Assembly (NCBI GenBank): GCA_028713935.1
Contig: JAQTNI010000001.1
Span: 1,464 to 65,463 of the forward strand
Direction: 5' to 3'
DNA: 64,000 bases
Origin: Candidatus Iainarchaeum sp.
Lineage (GTDB): Archaea; Iainarchaeota; Iainarchaeia; Iainarchaeales; GCA-2688035
Positions 55,384-64,000 of the stretch are shown here, piece by piece; the stretch's first letter is position 1, and every line of letters starts with the position of its first letter. The position numbers and the translations under genes are program-made. The notes beneath the pieces are model-generated. The model was given only the letters and a program-made list of their open reading frames with translations, was not told the origin of the DNA and searched no databases.

Positions 55384-55887
55384 TTGTTAAATGCTTTTTT
55401 TATGCAGGAAGAATTCAGGCTTGTTTCAAATACGGAATTGGCAGGCCCTTTAAGGCATTTTGTTGAAGCTATTTTTGCCAAACATATTTCTAATCCGGGT
55501 TCTTTGAAGGTTTTTATTTCAAACGGCGGCCAAATGAAAGGGATTGCAAGGGGCAATGTTTTGATTGGATTTTGCGCCTTTATGCCGCTTGGCAATGATT
55601 CTGTTTTAATAAGCCAAATCTGGACAAATACGAAGTCAGTGGCTGCAAGAGAATTCAAAAGAGATTTTGGCAGGACTCCAACAGAATATCTTTTTGGAGA
55701 TTTTTTGAGGAAAGGAATTTCCCATTTTCATCATCTAGGGGTAACAGCTTTAGGTGCAAGATTTTTGGCAAGGCTTGAGAAAAACGCCCTGGTTGCTAAA
55801 AAACAAAGCGGGTTTGAAATAACAAATAGGGCAATTGAAAAAGCAAAAAAAACAAGGCAATTAAGGCCTCTCAGGGTTATTCATTGA
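55384..55887 (+). CDS. Hypothetical protein
   Basis: ORF only. Confidence 0.3.
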   Translation: MLNAFFMQEEFRLVSNTELAGPLRHFVEAIFAKHISNPGSLKVFISNGGQMKGIARGNVLIGFCAFMPLGNDSVLISQIWTNTKSVAAREFKRDFGRTPTEYLFGDFLRKGISHFHHLGVTALGARFLARLEKNALVAKKQSGFEITNRAIEKAKKTRQLRPLRVIH

Positions 55888-55892
55888 ATTTT

Positions 55893-56120
55893 TTATTCGT
55901 CCTGTTTTTGCTTGGGTTTGACTGGTGTTTTTACCTGGCCTCTGGCCTGGTTGCTTTCTGAAAGGTCCTGGATTCTTCTAGCCAAAGCGGAATATTTTTT
56001 TTGTTTCAGCATTAATTGCATTTCCAACAGCCTTAATTGCCAGTAGTCCTGGGGTTTTGCGCAGTCCAGTTCGTCCAGCACTTCGGATAACTTTCGTTTC
56101 ACCATAAAAATTGCCTCCAA
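55893..56120 (-). CDS. Hypothetical small protein
   Basis: ORF only. Confidence 0.25.
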   Translation of the reverse strand: MEAIFMVKRKLSEVLDELDCAKPQDYWQLRLLEMQLMLKQKKYSALARRIQDLSESNQARGQVKTPVKPKQKQDE

Positions 56121-56374
56121 AAAAATCAGTCAAATTTTTGAATAAAAAGCCAATAAAAAATCAATTCCAAATTGTTATATAATCAGTGTATGGTTAGTAT
56201 TAAAATGCAATAATAAGGCAGCAATAAACGCTTTTTTTGGCTCAGTTCCCTTTATAACCTGTTTTTGGCACTTATTATGTATATCAGATTCTGTTTCTCT
56301 AATCTGTTAGTGCTTTGGCACCATAGTAAATTTTTTGAGAATTAAAAAATTCAATTGATTGTGGAGGGATAAAA

Positions 56375-56869
56375 ATGACTTTAGAACCTATTTGGACAAA
56401 AGACCTGGATATTGTTTTTGTTGGAATAAACCCGAGGTCAGAATCAGTGGAAAATGGAATGTATTTTCACGAGAACAATTCTTTTTGGTCGCAATTAAAC
56501 GAATCTGAAATTACTTCGGAAATTACTGATTCAAAAAACATGCTGAAATACAATATTGGAATTGATAACCTGGTTCACAGGCCTACGAAAAGCAGCAAAG
56601 AGCTTTCAAAAAAAGAATATTATGATGGCAGGAAAGAACTGGAACAAAAAATTCTGGAGCAAAAGCCAAAGACTGTCTGCTTTTTGGGAAAAAAGGCATT
56701 CAGGAAATATTTTAAGGAAAAGCCTGAAAACCATGGCTGGCAAAAAGAAAAAATTTTGGAATCAAAAGTTTTCATAGCGTATGTTCCGAAAAAAAACAAG
56801 TATGATTCAAAAATGAACATTACTGAAAAAGACAAGATAAACAAGTTAAAAGAATTAAAATCACAATAA
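56375..56869 (+). CDS. mug: G/U mismatch-specific uracil-DNA glycosylase (Mug/TDG family, UDG family 2)
   Basis: IVFVGINPRSESVENGMYFHENNSFW motif. Confidence 0.7.
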   Translation: MTLEPIWTKDLDIVFVGINPRSESVENGMYFHENNSFWSQLNESEITSEITDSKNMLKYNIGIDNLVHRPTKSSKELSKKEYYDGRKELEQKILEQKPKTVCFLGKKAFRKYFKEKPENHGWQKEKILESKVFIAYVPKKNKYDSKMNITEKDKINKLKELKSQ

Positions 56870-56997
56870 GCAATTCACTGCAAATGCTTTGTGCAGGGCA
56901 GGCAAGCTTTGCACAAACAATGAATTGCAGAGCAATTAATTCAAATAAGCTTTTTATTCCTAAGCGCACTGATTAGTTAAATAGGGGCTGTTTTTCA

Positions 56998-58152
56998 ATG
57001 GGCAAAACTTTTGGCATCAGCATAGGGCTTGGCATTGTAAAGCCAAATTTTGAAAAGCCGTTTGAAGAGAATTTTGAGAAGGCTTTTTCTGCTTTCAAGG
57101 AATACAAAAAGGCAAAAATTTCTGAAAGGAAAGCGTTTTTTGGAGTGCTTTCAAGGAAGGACTGGGAAAGCCTTGTAGGAATAAAGCTGATTGAAAATTC
57201 TTCCATAGAAGGAAAAAAATTTCTTGAAGGGGAATACAAAAAAATTCTTTTTTTTGATGAAGAAAGGCTTTTTCTTGAAACAGTTGAACTGAACAGGGAA
57301 ATGGAAAACAATCTTTTTCTTCTGAAGAAAAAAAGAAGTTTTGCAAAAAGCATTGCAAAGGGAATTTTCAGGGTAAAAAATGCTTTTTCTGGCTTTGAAA
57401 GGCTTTTCAAGAAAAAAATTCTTTTGGAAATGGGTTTTTTCAGGCTGCTGCCTTTTTGTTATTCCCTGATTGAAGAACTGCCTGAATCAAAAAAACAATT
57501 TGTGAAATACAATGAAAGCGATGCAATTGAGTTTGTTTCAAAGCCGGGCCAGAGCCTTAATAAAATTGAAAAAGAATTATTGCGGAACATTCTGCTTGCA
57601 GAAAAAATTCTTGCAAAAAAAGGCCTGAAACTTTTTTTTGGCAGTGTTTATCCAAAAACAAAAAGAATGGGCTTGCTGAAAAAGATTGGAATTGGCGAGG
57701 ACCAGAATTTTTTGGAATTGCATTTGCACATGGGAAATTTTGATTCCGCTGCTGAAATGGCAGAACTGTACAACAAAATAATTGGCTTTTTTGAAGCAAA
57801 TCCCCTGTTAATTGAAGAGGAGCGCAGGCTTTTTTATGGCCTTAAAAACCCAAGAAGGTTAAGCCTGAAAGGCATTGAAGAGCAAATTCGGGCAAGGTTT
57901 GGAAAAAACAGCAGGCTTGAAAAACCAGGCAGGCCTGATATTGATGCAATTATTTCGGCTTTGAACAATAGAAAACAGAAATTTTTGGCGAGAGATTATG
58001 CGACTGTTTTTATCAGGCCTGAGCTTGGCACAATTGAAATCAGGGCTTTTGGAACAAAAGGAAACGGAACAAAAAGCATAAGGAAAAACCTTCATGAAAA
58101 CATTGTTTTTTTTGAACAGTTCATGAAAAAACTTGAATTGGCTTCAGCGTGA
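56998..58152 (+). CDS. Hypothetical protein, possibly carboxylate-amine-ligase-like
   Basis: 384-aa ORF. The TIEIRAFG segment is reminiscent of the GCS2 family, but this is weak. Confidence 0.3.
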   Translation: MGKTFGISIGLGIVKPNFEKPFEENFEKAFSAFKEYKKAKISERKAFFGVLSRKDWESLVGIKLIENSSIEGKKFLEGEYKKILFFDEERLFLETVELNREMENNLFLLKKKRSFAKSIAKGIFRVKNAFSGFERLFKKKILLEMGFFRLLPFCYSLIEELPESKKQFVKYNESDAIEFVSKPGQSLNKIEKELLRNILLAEKILAKKGLKLFFGSVYPKTKRMGLLKKIGIGEDQNFLELHLHMGNFDSAAEMAELYNKIIGFFEANPLLIEEERRLFYGLKNPRRLSLKGIEEQIRARFGKNSRLEKPGRPDIDAIISALNNRKQKFLARDYATVFIRPELGTIEIRAFGTKGNGTKSIRKNLHENIVFFEQFMKKLELASA

Positions 58153-59037
58153 CTTTGGAATTTTGTGGCCTCCAAATTTGTTTCTTATGGCTGCTATAAA
58201 CTTGTTTGAAAAAGTGTTTTCCTGCCTTGACCTTAGGCGGGATTCAAAAGCTGCTGTTATTGAAGAAAACGGGATTTCTTTTTTCCAGGCTTCTTCAATT
58301 GCCCATTTGCCTGTTTCCCCGCCTTCAACAATTCCCGGAAGATTATCAAAATTTTCTTCTTTAAGCGCTTTTTCCGCGAGTTCAAGGATATATGACCTGA
58401 TTATGGCCCCGTTGTTCCAGGTGCCGGCAATTTCACAAAGATTAAAGCCAAATTCAGATTTTGACAATAATTCAAATCCCTCTGCATAGCTTTGAAGAAT
58501 TCCGTATTCAATTGCATTGTGCGCCATTTTTATAAAATGCCCTGAACCATTTCCGCCTGCAAACAATAATCCGTTTTTGCTTGCCAAAGCCTCAAAAACA
58601 GGCTTGAACTTTTCAAAGGCCTTTTTTTCCCCGCCAACAGTGAAACAAAGCCCGTTTTCAGCGCCCCGCAGGCCCCCGCTTGTTCCTGCATCAAGAAAAA
58701 AAATGCCTTTTTCTCCAAGGCTTTTGGCTCTTCTGATGGAATCAAGGTAATGGGAATTGCCTGCATCTGCAATAATGTCGCCTTTTTTCAAATAGGGAAG
58801 AATTTCCAAAATTGCTTTTTCCACTGCTTCCCCCGCTGGAACCAAAAGGACAATTTTTCTTTCCGGCTTTAAATACTCCACAAACTCCTTAATGCTTGAA
58901 GCGATATTAATTTTTTTTCCAAGCTCTTTTCTTAAATCCGGATTTTTATCAAACCCAATGGCATCAATTTTTTTTGAAGCCAGATTTGCCAATGCCCTCT
59001 GGCCAATTTTTCCCAGGCCAATGATTCCAACCTGCAT
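58144..59037 (-). CDS. gnd: 6-phosphogluconate dehydrogenase (decarboxylating), short NAD(P)-binding form
   Basis: MQVGIIGLGKIG Rossmann motif and Gnd family motifs (GTSGG, GSGHFIKMAHNAIEYG). Confidence 0.8.
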   Translation of the reverse strand: MQVGIIGLGKIGQRALANLASKKIDAIGFDKNPDLRKELGKKINIASSIKEFVEYLKPERKIVLLVPAGEAVEKAILEILPYLKKGDIIADAGNSHYLDSIRRAKSLGEKGIFFLDAGTSGGLRGAENGLCFTVGGEKKAFEKFKPVFEALASKNGLLFAGGNGSGHFIKMAHNAIEYGILQSYAEGFELLSKSEFGFNLCEIAGTWNNGAIIRSYILELAEKALKEENFDNLPGIVEGGETGKWAIEEAWKKEIPFSSITAAFESRLRSRQENTFSNKFIAAIRNKFGGHKIPKSR

Positions 59038-59040
59038 GAA

Positions 59041-59943
59041 TTATTGCCTCCCTAGTTTTTCGTCAGCAAAAACAAAAGCCCCAAGCAGCCCAATTTTGCT
59101 GCCAAGCTTTGACGGAACAATTTTTGGCACCTTGCCGATTGTATACTTTTTTATTTCGCGTGGCTTTGGAATAATTTTGTCAAACTGGTTCAAAGCAATT
59201 GAGCCCATCAAAACAATTGCATCAACAGAAAAAGCATTAAGCATATTGCCAATGCCCTGCGCATTGTAATCCCTTATTTGCCAAACAATTTTTTTTATTT
59301 TTTTGTCTGACTCGCTCAGCCTGAAAAAGTCTTCAACTGTTATCCTTGTTTTTAATTCTTTTTCAATTATGGATTCTATTCCAAAACCAGAGGACATTGC
59401 GGCCCAGCAGCCAAGCCTGTTGCAGCTGCATTTTTTGGCCTTTTTCAAATCCCGCTCCAAGGTTGTGTGGCCGAATTCGCCAAAAAAACAGTCCATTGCC
59501 TTGCCGTTCATGACAAGCCCGGAACCAATTCCAGTGCTAATTGCCAGAAGAAAAAATTTTTTCACTGTTTTTCCCAGGCCAAAATTCAGTTCGGCTTTTG
59601 CGGCAGCTTTCAGGTCGTTTGCAATAAAAACAGGCTCTTTAAAGTGCCTGCCTAATTCTCTGGCAACATTGAATTTGGAATTAATTTTCATTGGTGCAGA
59701 TTCCAGCAAAAACCCGTTTTCAACAGGGCCTGGCAAGCCAAGTGAAACTCCCGCAATTTTGAATTCAGAAGAAACGCTTTCCCTAAGCGCCTTTGACAAA
59801 TCCCTGATTTGCATTATTAGCGCTTTTGGGCTTCCCTTGATAGTTTTACACTCAATTGCCCTGGTTATTTTTCCGTTTTTTTGCATTAACGCGCCAAGAA
59901 TTTTTGTTCCGCCAACATCATAGCATTCTATCAGGCCAGGCAT
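59041..59943 (-). CDS. ROK-family sugar kinase (glucokinase-like)
   Basis: YDVGGTKI ... GLPGPV ... FIANDLKAAA. Confidence 0.7.
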   Translation of the reverse strand: MPGLIECYDVGGTKILGALMQKNGKITRAIECKTIKGSPKALIMQIRDLSKALRESVSSEFKIAGVSLGLPGPVENGFLLESAPMKINSKFNVARELGRHFKEPVFIANDLKAAAKAELNFGLGKTVKKFFLLAISTGIGSGLVMNGKAMDCFFGEFGHTTLERDLKKAKKCSCNRLGCWAAMSSGFGIESIIEKELKTRITVEDFFRLSESDKKIKKIVWQIRDYNAQGIGNMLNAFSVDAIVLMGSIALNQFDKIIPKPREIKKYTIGKVPKIVPSKLGSKIGLLGAFVFADEKLGRQ

Positions 59944-59982
59944 AATTATGTATTGTTTGCAATAACAAATAAATAACTGTCT

Positions 59983-60696
59983 GTGCATAAATGCAGGTTA
60001 ATGAAAATAATTGCAGATAAAAATATGGAAAAATTGAATAAGCTTGCAGCCAAGATTTTGGCGAGAAGCATAAAACAGATATTGAAAAAAAAGGAGTATC
60101 TTATTCTGGGCCTTGCAGGCGGCAGGAGCCTTTTTGGCTTTTTAAAAGTTCTAAGCCGGGAAACAGAAATCCCCTGGAAAAAAATCCATTTCTTTCTGGC
60201 TGACGAAAGAATAGTGCCTGTTTCAAGCAAAGAAAGCAATTTCAGGATGATCAAGGGCGCCCTGTTTGACAGGCTTGCCAGTAAAAAATTATTGCCAAAA
60301 AAGAATATCCACAAATTTGCCATGAATAAAAAACCATGTTTTGGGCTTTTTGATTATGAAAAAGAGCTGAAAAAATACGGGAATTTTTATGATATCCTGG
60401 TTTTAAGTTCCGGAGAAGACGGGCACATAGCCTCTTTGTTTCCAAAACATGATTCAATAAAAAACAATTCAGAATGTTATCTGATAGTAAAAAATTCGCC
60501 CAAACCGCCTGAAAAAAGAATGAGTGTTTCGAGAAAAATGATTTTAAGGTCAAAAATTGTTTTGTTGTTTTTTATTGGCGAAGCCAAAAAAACCGCCTAT
60601 AAAAAATTTTTAGAAAAAGGCAATGGCTTTTTTGTGTGCCCTGCGAAACTAACCAAAAGAATCAAGGAACTGTATGTCCTAACAAGCCACAAATAG
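59983..60696 (+). CDS. pgl: 6-phosphogluconolactonase
   Basis: LGLAGGRS ... LADERIVP ... SSGEDGHIASLFP. Confidence 0.8.
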   Translation: MHKCRLMKIIADKNMEKLNKLAAKILARSIKQILKKKEYLILGLAGGRSLFGFLKVLSRETEIPWKKIHFFLADERIVPVSSKESNFRMIKGALFDRLASKKLLPKKNIHKFAMNKKPCFGLFDYEKELKKYGNFYDILVLSSGEDGHIASLFPKHDSIKNNSECYLIVKNSPKPPEKRMSVSRKMILRSKIVLLFFIGEAKKTAYKKFLEKGNGFFVCPAKLTKRIKELYVLTSHK

Positions 60697-60699
60697 GGG

Positions 60700-61287
60700 T
60701 TATTCAAAAAATTCTTTTTTAAGAATGATTTTGTTTGTAAGGCCATAATTGTGCTTTTCGAGTACGCCTTTTGATTCAAGCCTTTTGATTGTCCTGTGGA
60801 CCTGGACCTTGCTTAACCCTGTTTCCTTGACAAGCTTTGATTGAGTGGATTCAAAATTTGCTTTTTTAAGCGTGTCAATAATTTTTTTTTCGTCAGGCAG
60901 CAATAGGCTGTTTGTTGTTTCCTGTTTTATTGCCTTGATTTCTTTTTCGCGGACAAGGCTCCAGATTACAATTCCCGCCAAAATTGAAACAACTGCGCCT
61001 GCAATCAGGAAAAGCGAGGTTGGGGATAGCAGTGCCTGCACAGGATCGGGCGTAAAAAACCTGGCCCTGTCGAATCTGTTTGAATCAATGTTTAAGTCCC
61101 TGGCTTCTGCAGGCAGGCTCTGTGAAATTCTCTCTCCCAAAGGAAAACCAACAAGCTCTATTCTCCAAAAAACAGTGTAAGCCTGAAGTATAAAGGAAAT
61201 AAGCGAAAAACCGCCGAAAAGAAAGCACAAAAACATTATTGCAAAATACTTTTTCTTTGCCCTGAAAATAGTTTCATTTTGTTTCAT
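60700..61287 (-). CDS. Membrane-anchored winged-helix transcriptional regulator
   Basis: Two TM helices, then C-terminal LVKETGLSKVQVHRTIKRLESKGVLEK. Confidence 0.55.
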   Translation of the reverse strand: MKQNETIFRAKKKYFAIMFLCFLFGGFSLISFILQAYTVFWRIELVGFPLGERISQSLPAEARDLNIDSNRFDRARFFTPDPVQALLSPTSLFLIAGAVVSILAGIVIWSLVREKEIKAIKQETTNSLLLPDEKKIIDTLKKANFESTQSKLVKETGLSKVQVHRTIKRLESKGVLEKHNYGLTNKIILKKEFFE

Positions 61288-61402
61288 GTTTCATCACGTT
61301 TCAATGCCCCATAATAACTGTTTCATTAGGTTACAAGGAGGTTACAGGCACTCCTAATAATTGTTGCAAACCAATTTAAATCTAGTGTTCGGAGGCAGTA
61401 TA

Positions 61403-62113
61403 ATGGATTTGCCTGTTTTGGAATTGAAAAATGTATGGAAAATTTATAAAATGGATTCAGTGGAAGTAACGGCTGTGAGGGATATCAGCCTGAAAATTCA
61501 CGAAGGCGAATTCGTTGCAGTTATTGGGGCTTCCGGCAGCGGAAAATCCACTGCGCTTTCAATAATGGGCGCTTTGGATGTTCCCACAAAAGGGGAGGTT
61601 TTTTTGTCAGGAACAGAGATAACAAAGCTTCCCGAATCAAAAATTGCGCGTATAAGGGGCAGAAGAATCGGCTTTGTTTTCCAGACTTTTAATTTGCATC
61701 CCACATTGAATGTTTTTGAAAATATTGCCTTGCCAATGAGGATTCACGAGTTTCCGGAATCGGAAATAAATTCCAAAGTAAGGGAATTACTGAAACTTGT
61801 GGGGCTTGAGCCAAGGGAAAAGCACTTGCCTGCCCAGCTTTCTGGCGGGGAACGGCAGAGAGTTTCTGTTGCAAGGGCATTGTCTGCAAACCCTTCAATG
61901 ATTCTGGCTGACGAGCCAACAGGAAACCTTGATACAAAAACCAGCCTTGAAATAATGGATTTGTTTGCGCAGCTTAACAGGGATGGAAAAACAATTGTTT
62001 TAGTAACCCATGAAATGAATCTTGCCGGTTATGCAGAAAGGCGCATTACACTCAGGGACGGTGCAATGGTTTCCGATAAAAAAAACCAGAAAGGAGGAAT
62101 TAAAGGTGGATAA
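61403..62113 (+). CDS. ABC transporter ATP-binding protein (MacB/LolD-like)
   Basis: GASGSGKST Walker A, LSGGERQRVSVARAL signature, ILADEPTGNLD Walker B. Confidence 0.9.
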   Translation: MDLPVLELKNVWKIYKMDSVEVTAVRDISLKIHEGEFVAVIGASGSGKSTALSIMGALDVPTKGEVFLSGTEITKLPESKIARIRGRRIGFVFQTFNLHPTLNVFENIALPMRIHEFPESEINSKVRELLKLVGLEPREKHLPAQLSGGERQRVSVARALSANPSMILADEPTGNLDTKTSLEIMDLFAQLNRDGKTIVLVTHEMNLAGYAERRITLRDGAMVSDKKNQKGGIKGG

Positions 62114-62411
62114 AAAATTGTTGGTTTGCATAGTAATAATCCTGATTTTGGCTGGAACAGTTTCTTTTTTTGTTCTGAGGGATTTTGGAATTCTTGGCGG
62201 CAGGGATTTTAGAGGCGGGTTTAACAATAACAATTTTAATGATGCCTCTGTGCTTTTGCCGAGAATAAAAACTTCCCTGGGCTTGCCTGCTGATGCAACG
62301 GATGCACAGGTAAAAGAGGCGTTGGGCCTGCCCCAGGATGCAAATTTTGAACAAATAAGAAACGCATTCATTCAAAAATATCCAATAACAAGACCACAAG
62401 GAGGAAATTAG
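62106..62411 (+). CDS. Small membrane-anchored protein (GTG start)
   Basis: GGAGG RBS, then GTG. One N-terminal TM helix. Confidence 0.4.
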   Translation: MDKKLLVCIVIILILAGTVSFFVLRDFGILGGRDFRGGFNNNNFNDASVLLPRIKTSLGLPADATDAQVKEALGLPQDANFEQIRNAFIQKYPITRPQGGN

Positions 62412-62412
62412 C

Positions 62413-63897
62413 ATGAACAAAAAAATTTTAATTGGAGCAATTTTTTTGCTGGCAATAATTGGGTTCCAGATGCAATTGGCCTATGCGGCTGCATCTGAGC
62501 CTGCATATCTTGTTTCAGTTACTGGAACAAGATTTTTGCCTGCAAACATTAATGCAGGGGACATTGCAAGCGTTGCAATAGATATCCAGAGCAATGCCTT
62601 TGCTTTTGCAATAAGCGACCTGAATGGAACAATTGATTTGGGAAACCAGTTTTTGCCGATTAAATCACAGGATTCTTTTGTGGGTTTGCGCGCAGGCTCA
62701 ACAAAAACCCTGATATTCAATTTTCAGGCAAAACAGGATACTTTGCCAGGTTATTATCCGGCTTTTTTGACAATCACTTATGCGCGCCCTGACGGAGCTC
62801 TTGCAAAGCAGACCCAGCCTTTTTCAATTCCGGTTTCAAAATCAGAAAAAAATCTTGATGTAACAGTGAACCCAAGAGTAATAAATCCAGGAAACCAGAC
62901 AGACATTGTTTTTACAGTAAAAAACTTGGGCGGAGTTCCTGTGACAAACCTTTCTTTTTCCTGGTCTGAAGCCAGCGATTTGTTATTGCCATTAGGCTCT
63001 GACAACAAAAAGTATGTTGCAATTTTAGGCGCAAATGAATCAACAGGAATTTCTTACACAGTTGCGGCAGACCCAAACATTACTCCGGGAATTTATCCTG
63101 TTGATGTTACAATAACATTCAATGACAGCAATGGCACAAGGACAATTACCTCAAATGTGGGGATAATAATCGGTGGCAAAACAGATTTTGAAATAAGTGC
63201 TGAAATAAGTTCCAGCAACCAGCTTTCAATAAGCATTGCTAATGTAGGCTCTAATAATGCAGGGGCAGTGGTTGTAAAAATTCTTGACCAGAGTGGAATA
63301 AAGGTTAGCGGAAGCAGCACTTCAATAATTGGAAACCTGAACAAGGGGGATTATACAATTGCAAATTTCCAGTTATTGTCCTCTGGTTTTGGGCAGGTCA
63401 CGCAGAATTCCGGAACTGAGCAGGCAAACCAGCAGCAGTTTCCCCCAGGAAGTGATGCTAACAGGTTTGGCTCACAGGCAAGGCAGGGAAGCCCAAGCAG
63501 TGTTGCAATAGAAATTGATTACACTGACACAACCGGCGAAAGGCAGAGCGTGCAAAAAACAATTTCCTTAAGCAGGGAAGTTTCAACTGGCACAACTGCC
63601 GGAACAGGCTTTTCAGGCAGGCAGGGCCAGAACAGCCTGATGTCAAATATTGCCTGGATACTTTTGGCAGCATTTGTAATCTCCCCTATTGGCTTGAATT
63701 ATAAATTAAAAAAGAAGAAATGGAAAACAATTGGAATTGCATTGGCGCCTATAATAATTTTGTTTTTGGCGACAATACTTGTTTTCAATTCCAATCTGAT
63801 AGGCATAATCCTCTCTGCAATAGTTTCAGTGGCTTTGCTTGCCTGGCTTTTTTACAAGCCATTGCAAGCCAGGCTTTTTTTTAAAAAGGAAAAGTGA
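62413..63897 (+). CDS. Large cell-surface protein (signal peptide, beta-rich repeats, C-terminal TM anchors)
   Basis: N-terminal signal sequence and Thr/Ser/Asn-rich beta-type segments. C-terminal hydrophobic helices and KKKK. Confidence 0.6.
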   Translation: MNKKILIGAIFLLAIIGFQMQLAYAAASEPAYLVSVTGTRFLPANINAGDIASVAIDIQSNAFAFAISDLNGTIDLGNQFLPIKSQDSFVGLRAGSTKTLIFNFQAKQDTLPGYYPAFLTITYARPDGALAKQTQPFSIPVSKSEKNLDVTVNPRVINPGNQTDIVFTVKNLGGVPVTNLSFSWSEASDLLLPLGSDNKKYVAILGANESTGISYTVAADPNITPGIYPVDVTITFNDSNGTRTITSNVGIIIGGKTDFEISAEISSSNQLSISIANVGSNNAGAVVVKILDQSGIKVSGSSTSIIGNLNKGDYTIANFQLLSSGFGQVTQNSGTEQANQQQFPPGSDANRFGSQARQGSPSSVAIEIDYTDTTGERQSVQKTISLSREVSTGTTAGTGFSGRQGQNSLMSNIAWILLAAFVISPIGLNYKLKKKKWKTIGIALAPIIILFLATILVFNSNLIGIILSAIVSVALLAWLFYKPLQARLFFKKEK

Positions 63898-63903
63898 TTC
63901 TCA

Positions 63904-64000
63904 ATGAATCTGAAAGATTCTTTCAAGCTTTCTGTTAACAGCATTTTGCACAGAAGGCTGAGAGCCTGGCTCACTCTTTTGGGAATTATTATTGGAGTCG
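63904..64000 (+). CDS. ABC transporter permease (FtsX/MacB-like), 3'-partial
   Basis: MNLKDSFKLSVNSILHRRLRAWLTLLGIIIGV N-terminus. Runs off the window. Confidence 0.6.
   Translation, partial: MNLKDSFKLSVNSILHRRLRAWLTLLGIIIGV

Noticed and set aside
1-64000. CRISPR arrays and rRNA genes
   Set aside because: No regularly spaced identical repeats with unique spacers and no rRNA-like conserved stretches were seen. The repeats present are hairpin modules and att duplications.

Overview
This window is a densely packed, low-GC archaeal chromosome segment, probably from a small-genome DPANN-type lineage. That assignment rests on archaeal ribosomal proteins (L44e, L10/P0, L12/P1), Spt5, SecE/Sec61-gamma, archaeal-style tRNA introns and many short proteins. 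Gene content along the window: (i) ftsZ-secE-spt5-rpl11 and rpl1-rpl10-rpl12, with an unexpected GC-rich gene for a basic protein on the opposite strand between L11 and L1; (ii) argG-argH; (iii) a UDP-sugar cluster (UDP-glucose dehydrogenase, UDP-glucuronate decarboxylase/UDP-xylose synthase, an epimerase and three nucleotidyltransferases); (iv) a secreted Lon-protease-domain protein with a transmembrane helix and coiled-coil tail; (v) a 1001-aa SMC-head ATPase whose hinge is replaced by a Rad50-like CPVC zinc hook; (vi) five tRNA genes, four of which (Trp, Gly, Ser-TGA, Ser-GGA) carry 90-160 nt anticodon-loop introns built from a shared family of GGCCTTTCTT/AAGAAAGGCC hairpin modules that also occur in the tRNA flanks and other intergenic regions; (vii) a 1130-aa HerA/FtsK-like ATPase with a 174-aa mini-intein in its Walker A loop; (viii) two tandem integrated elements at the 3' end of tRNA-Ser(GGA), bounded by three 22-bp direct repeats, carrying HicAB, an AbrB-like gene, a nucleotidyltransferase (MNT)/HEPN pair and a duplicated unknown protein family; (ix) a radical SAM/SPASM gene interrupted by one in-frame TGA; (x) oxidative pentose-phosphate genes (gnd, pgl, a ROK kinase); and an ABC transporter flanking a large surface protein. 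No rRNA genes or CRISPR arrays were seen. All calls come from reading the translations and sequence motifs; no database searches were run.
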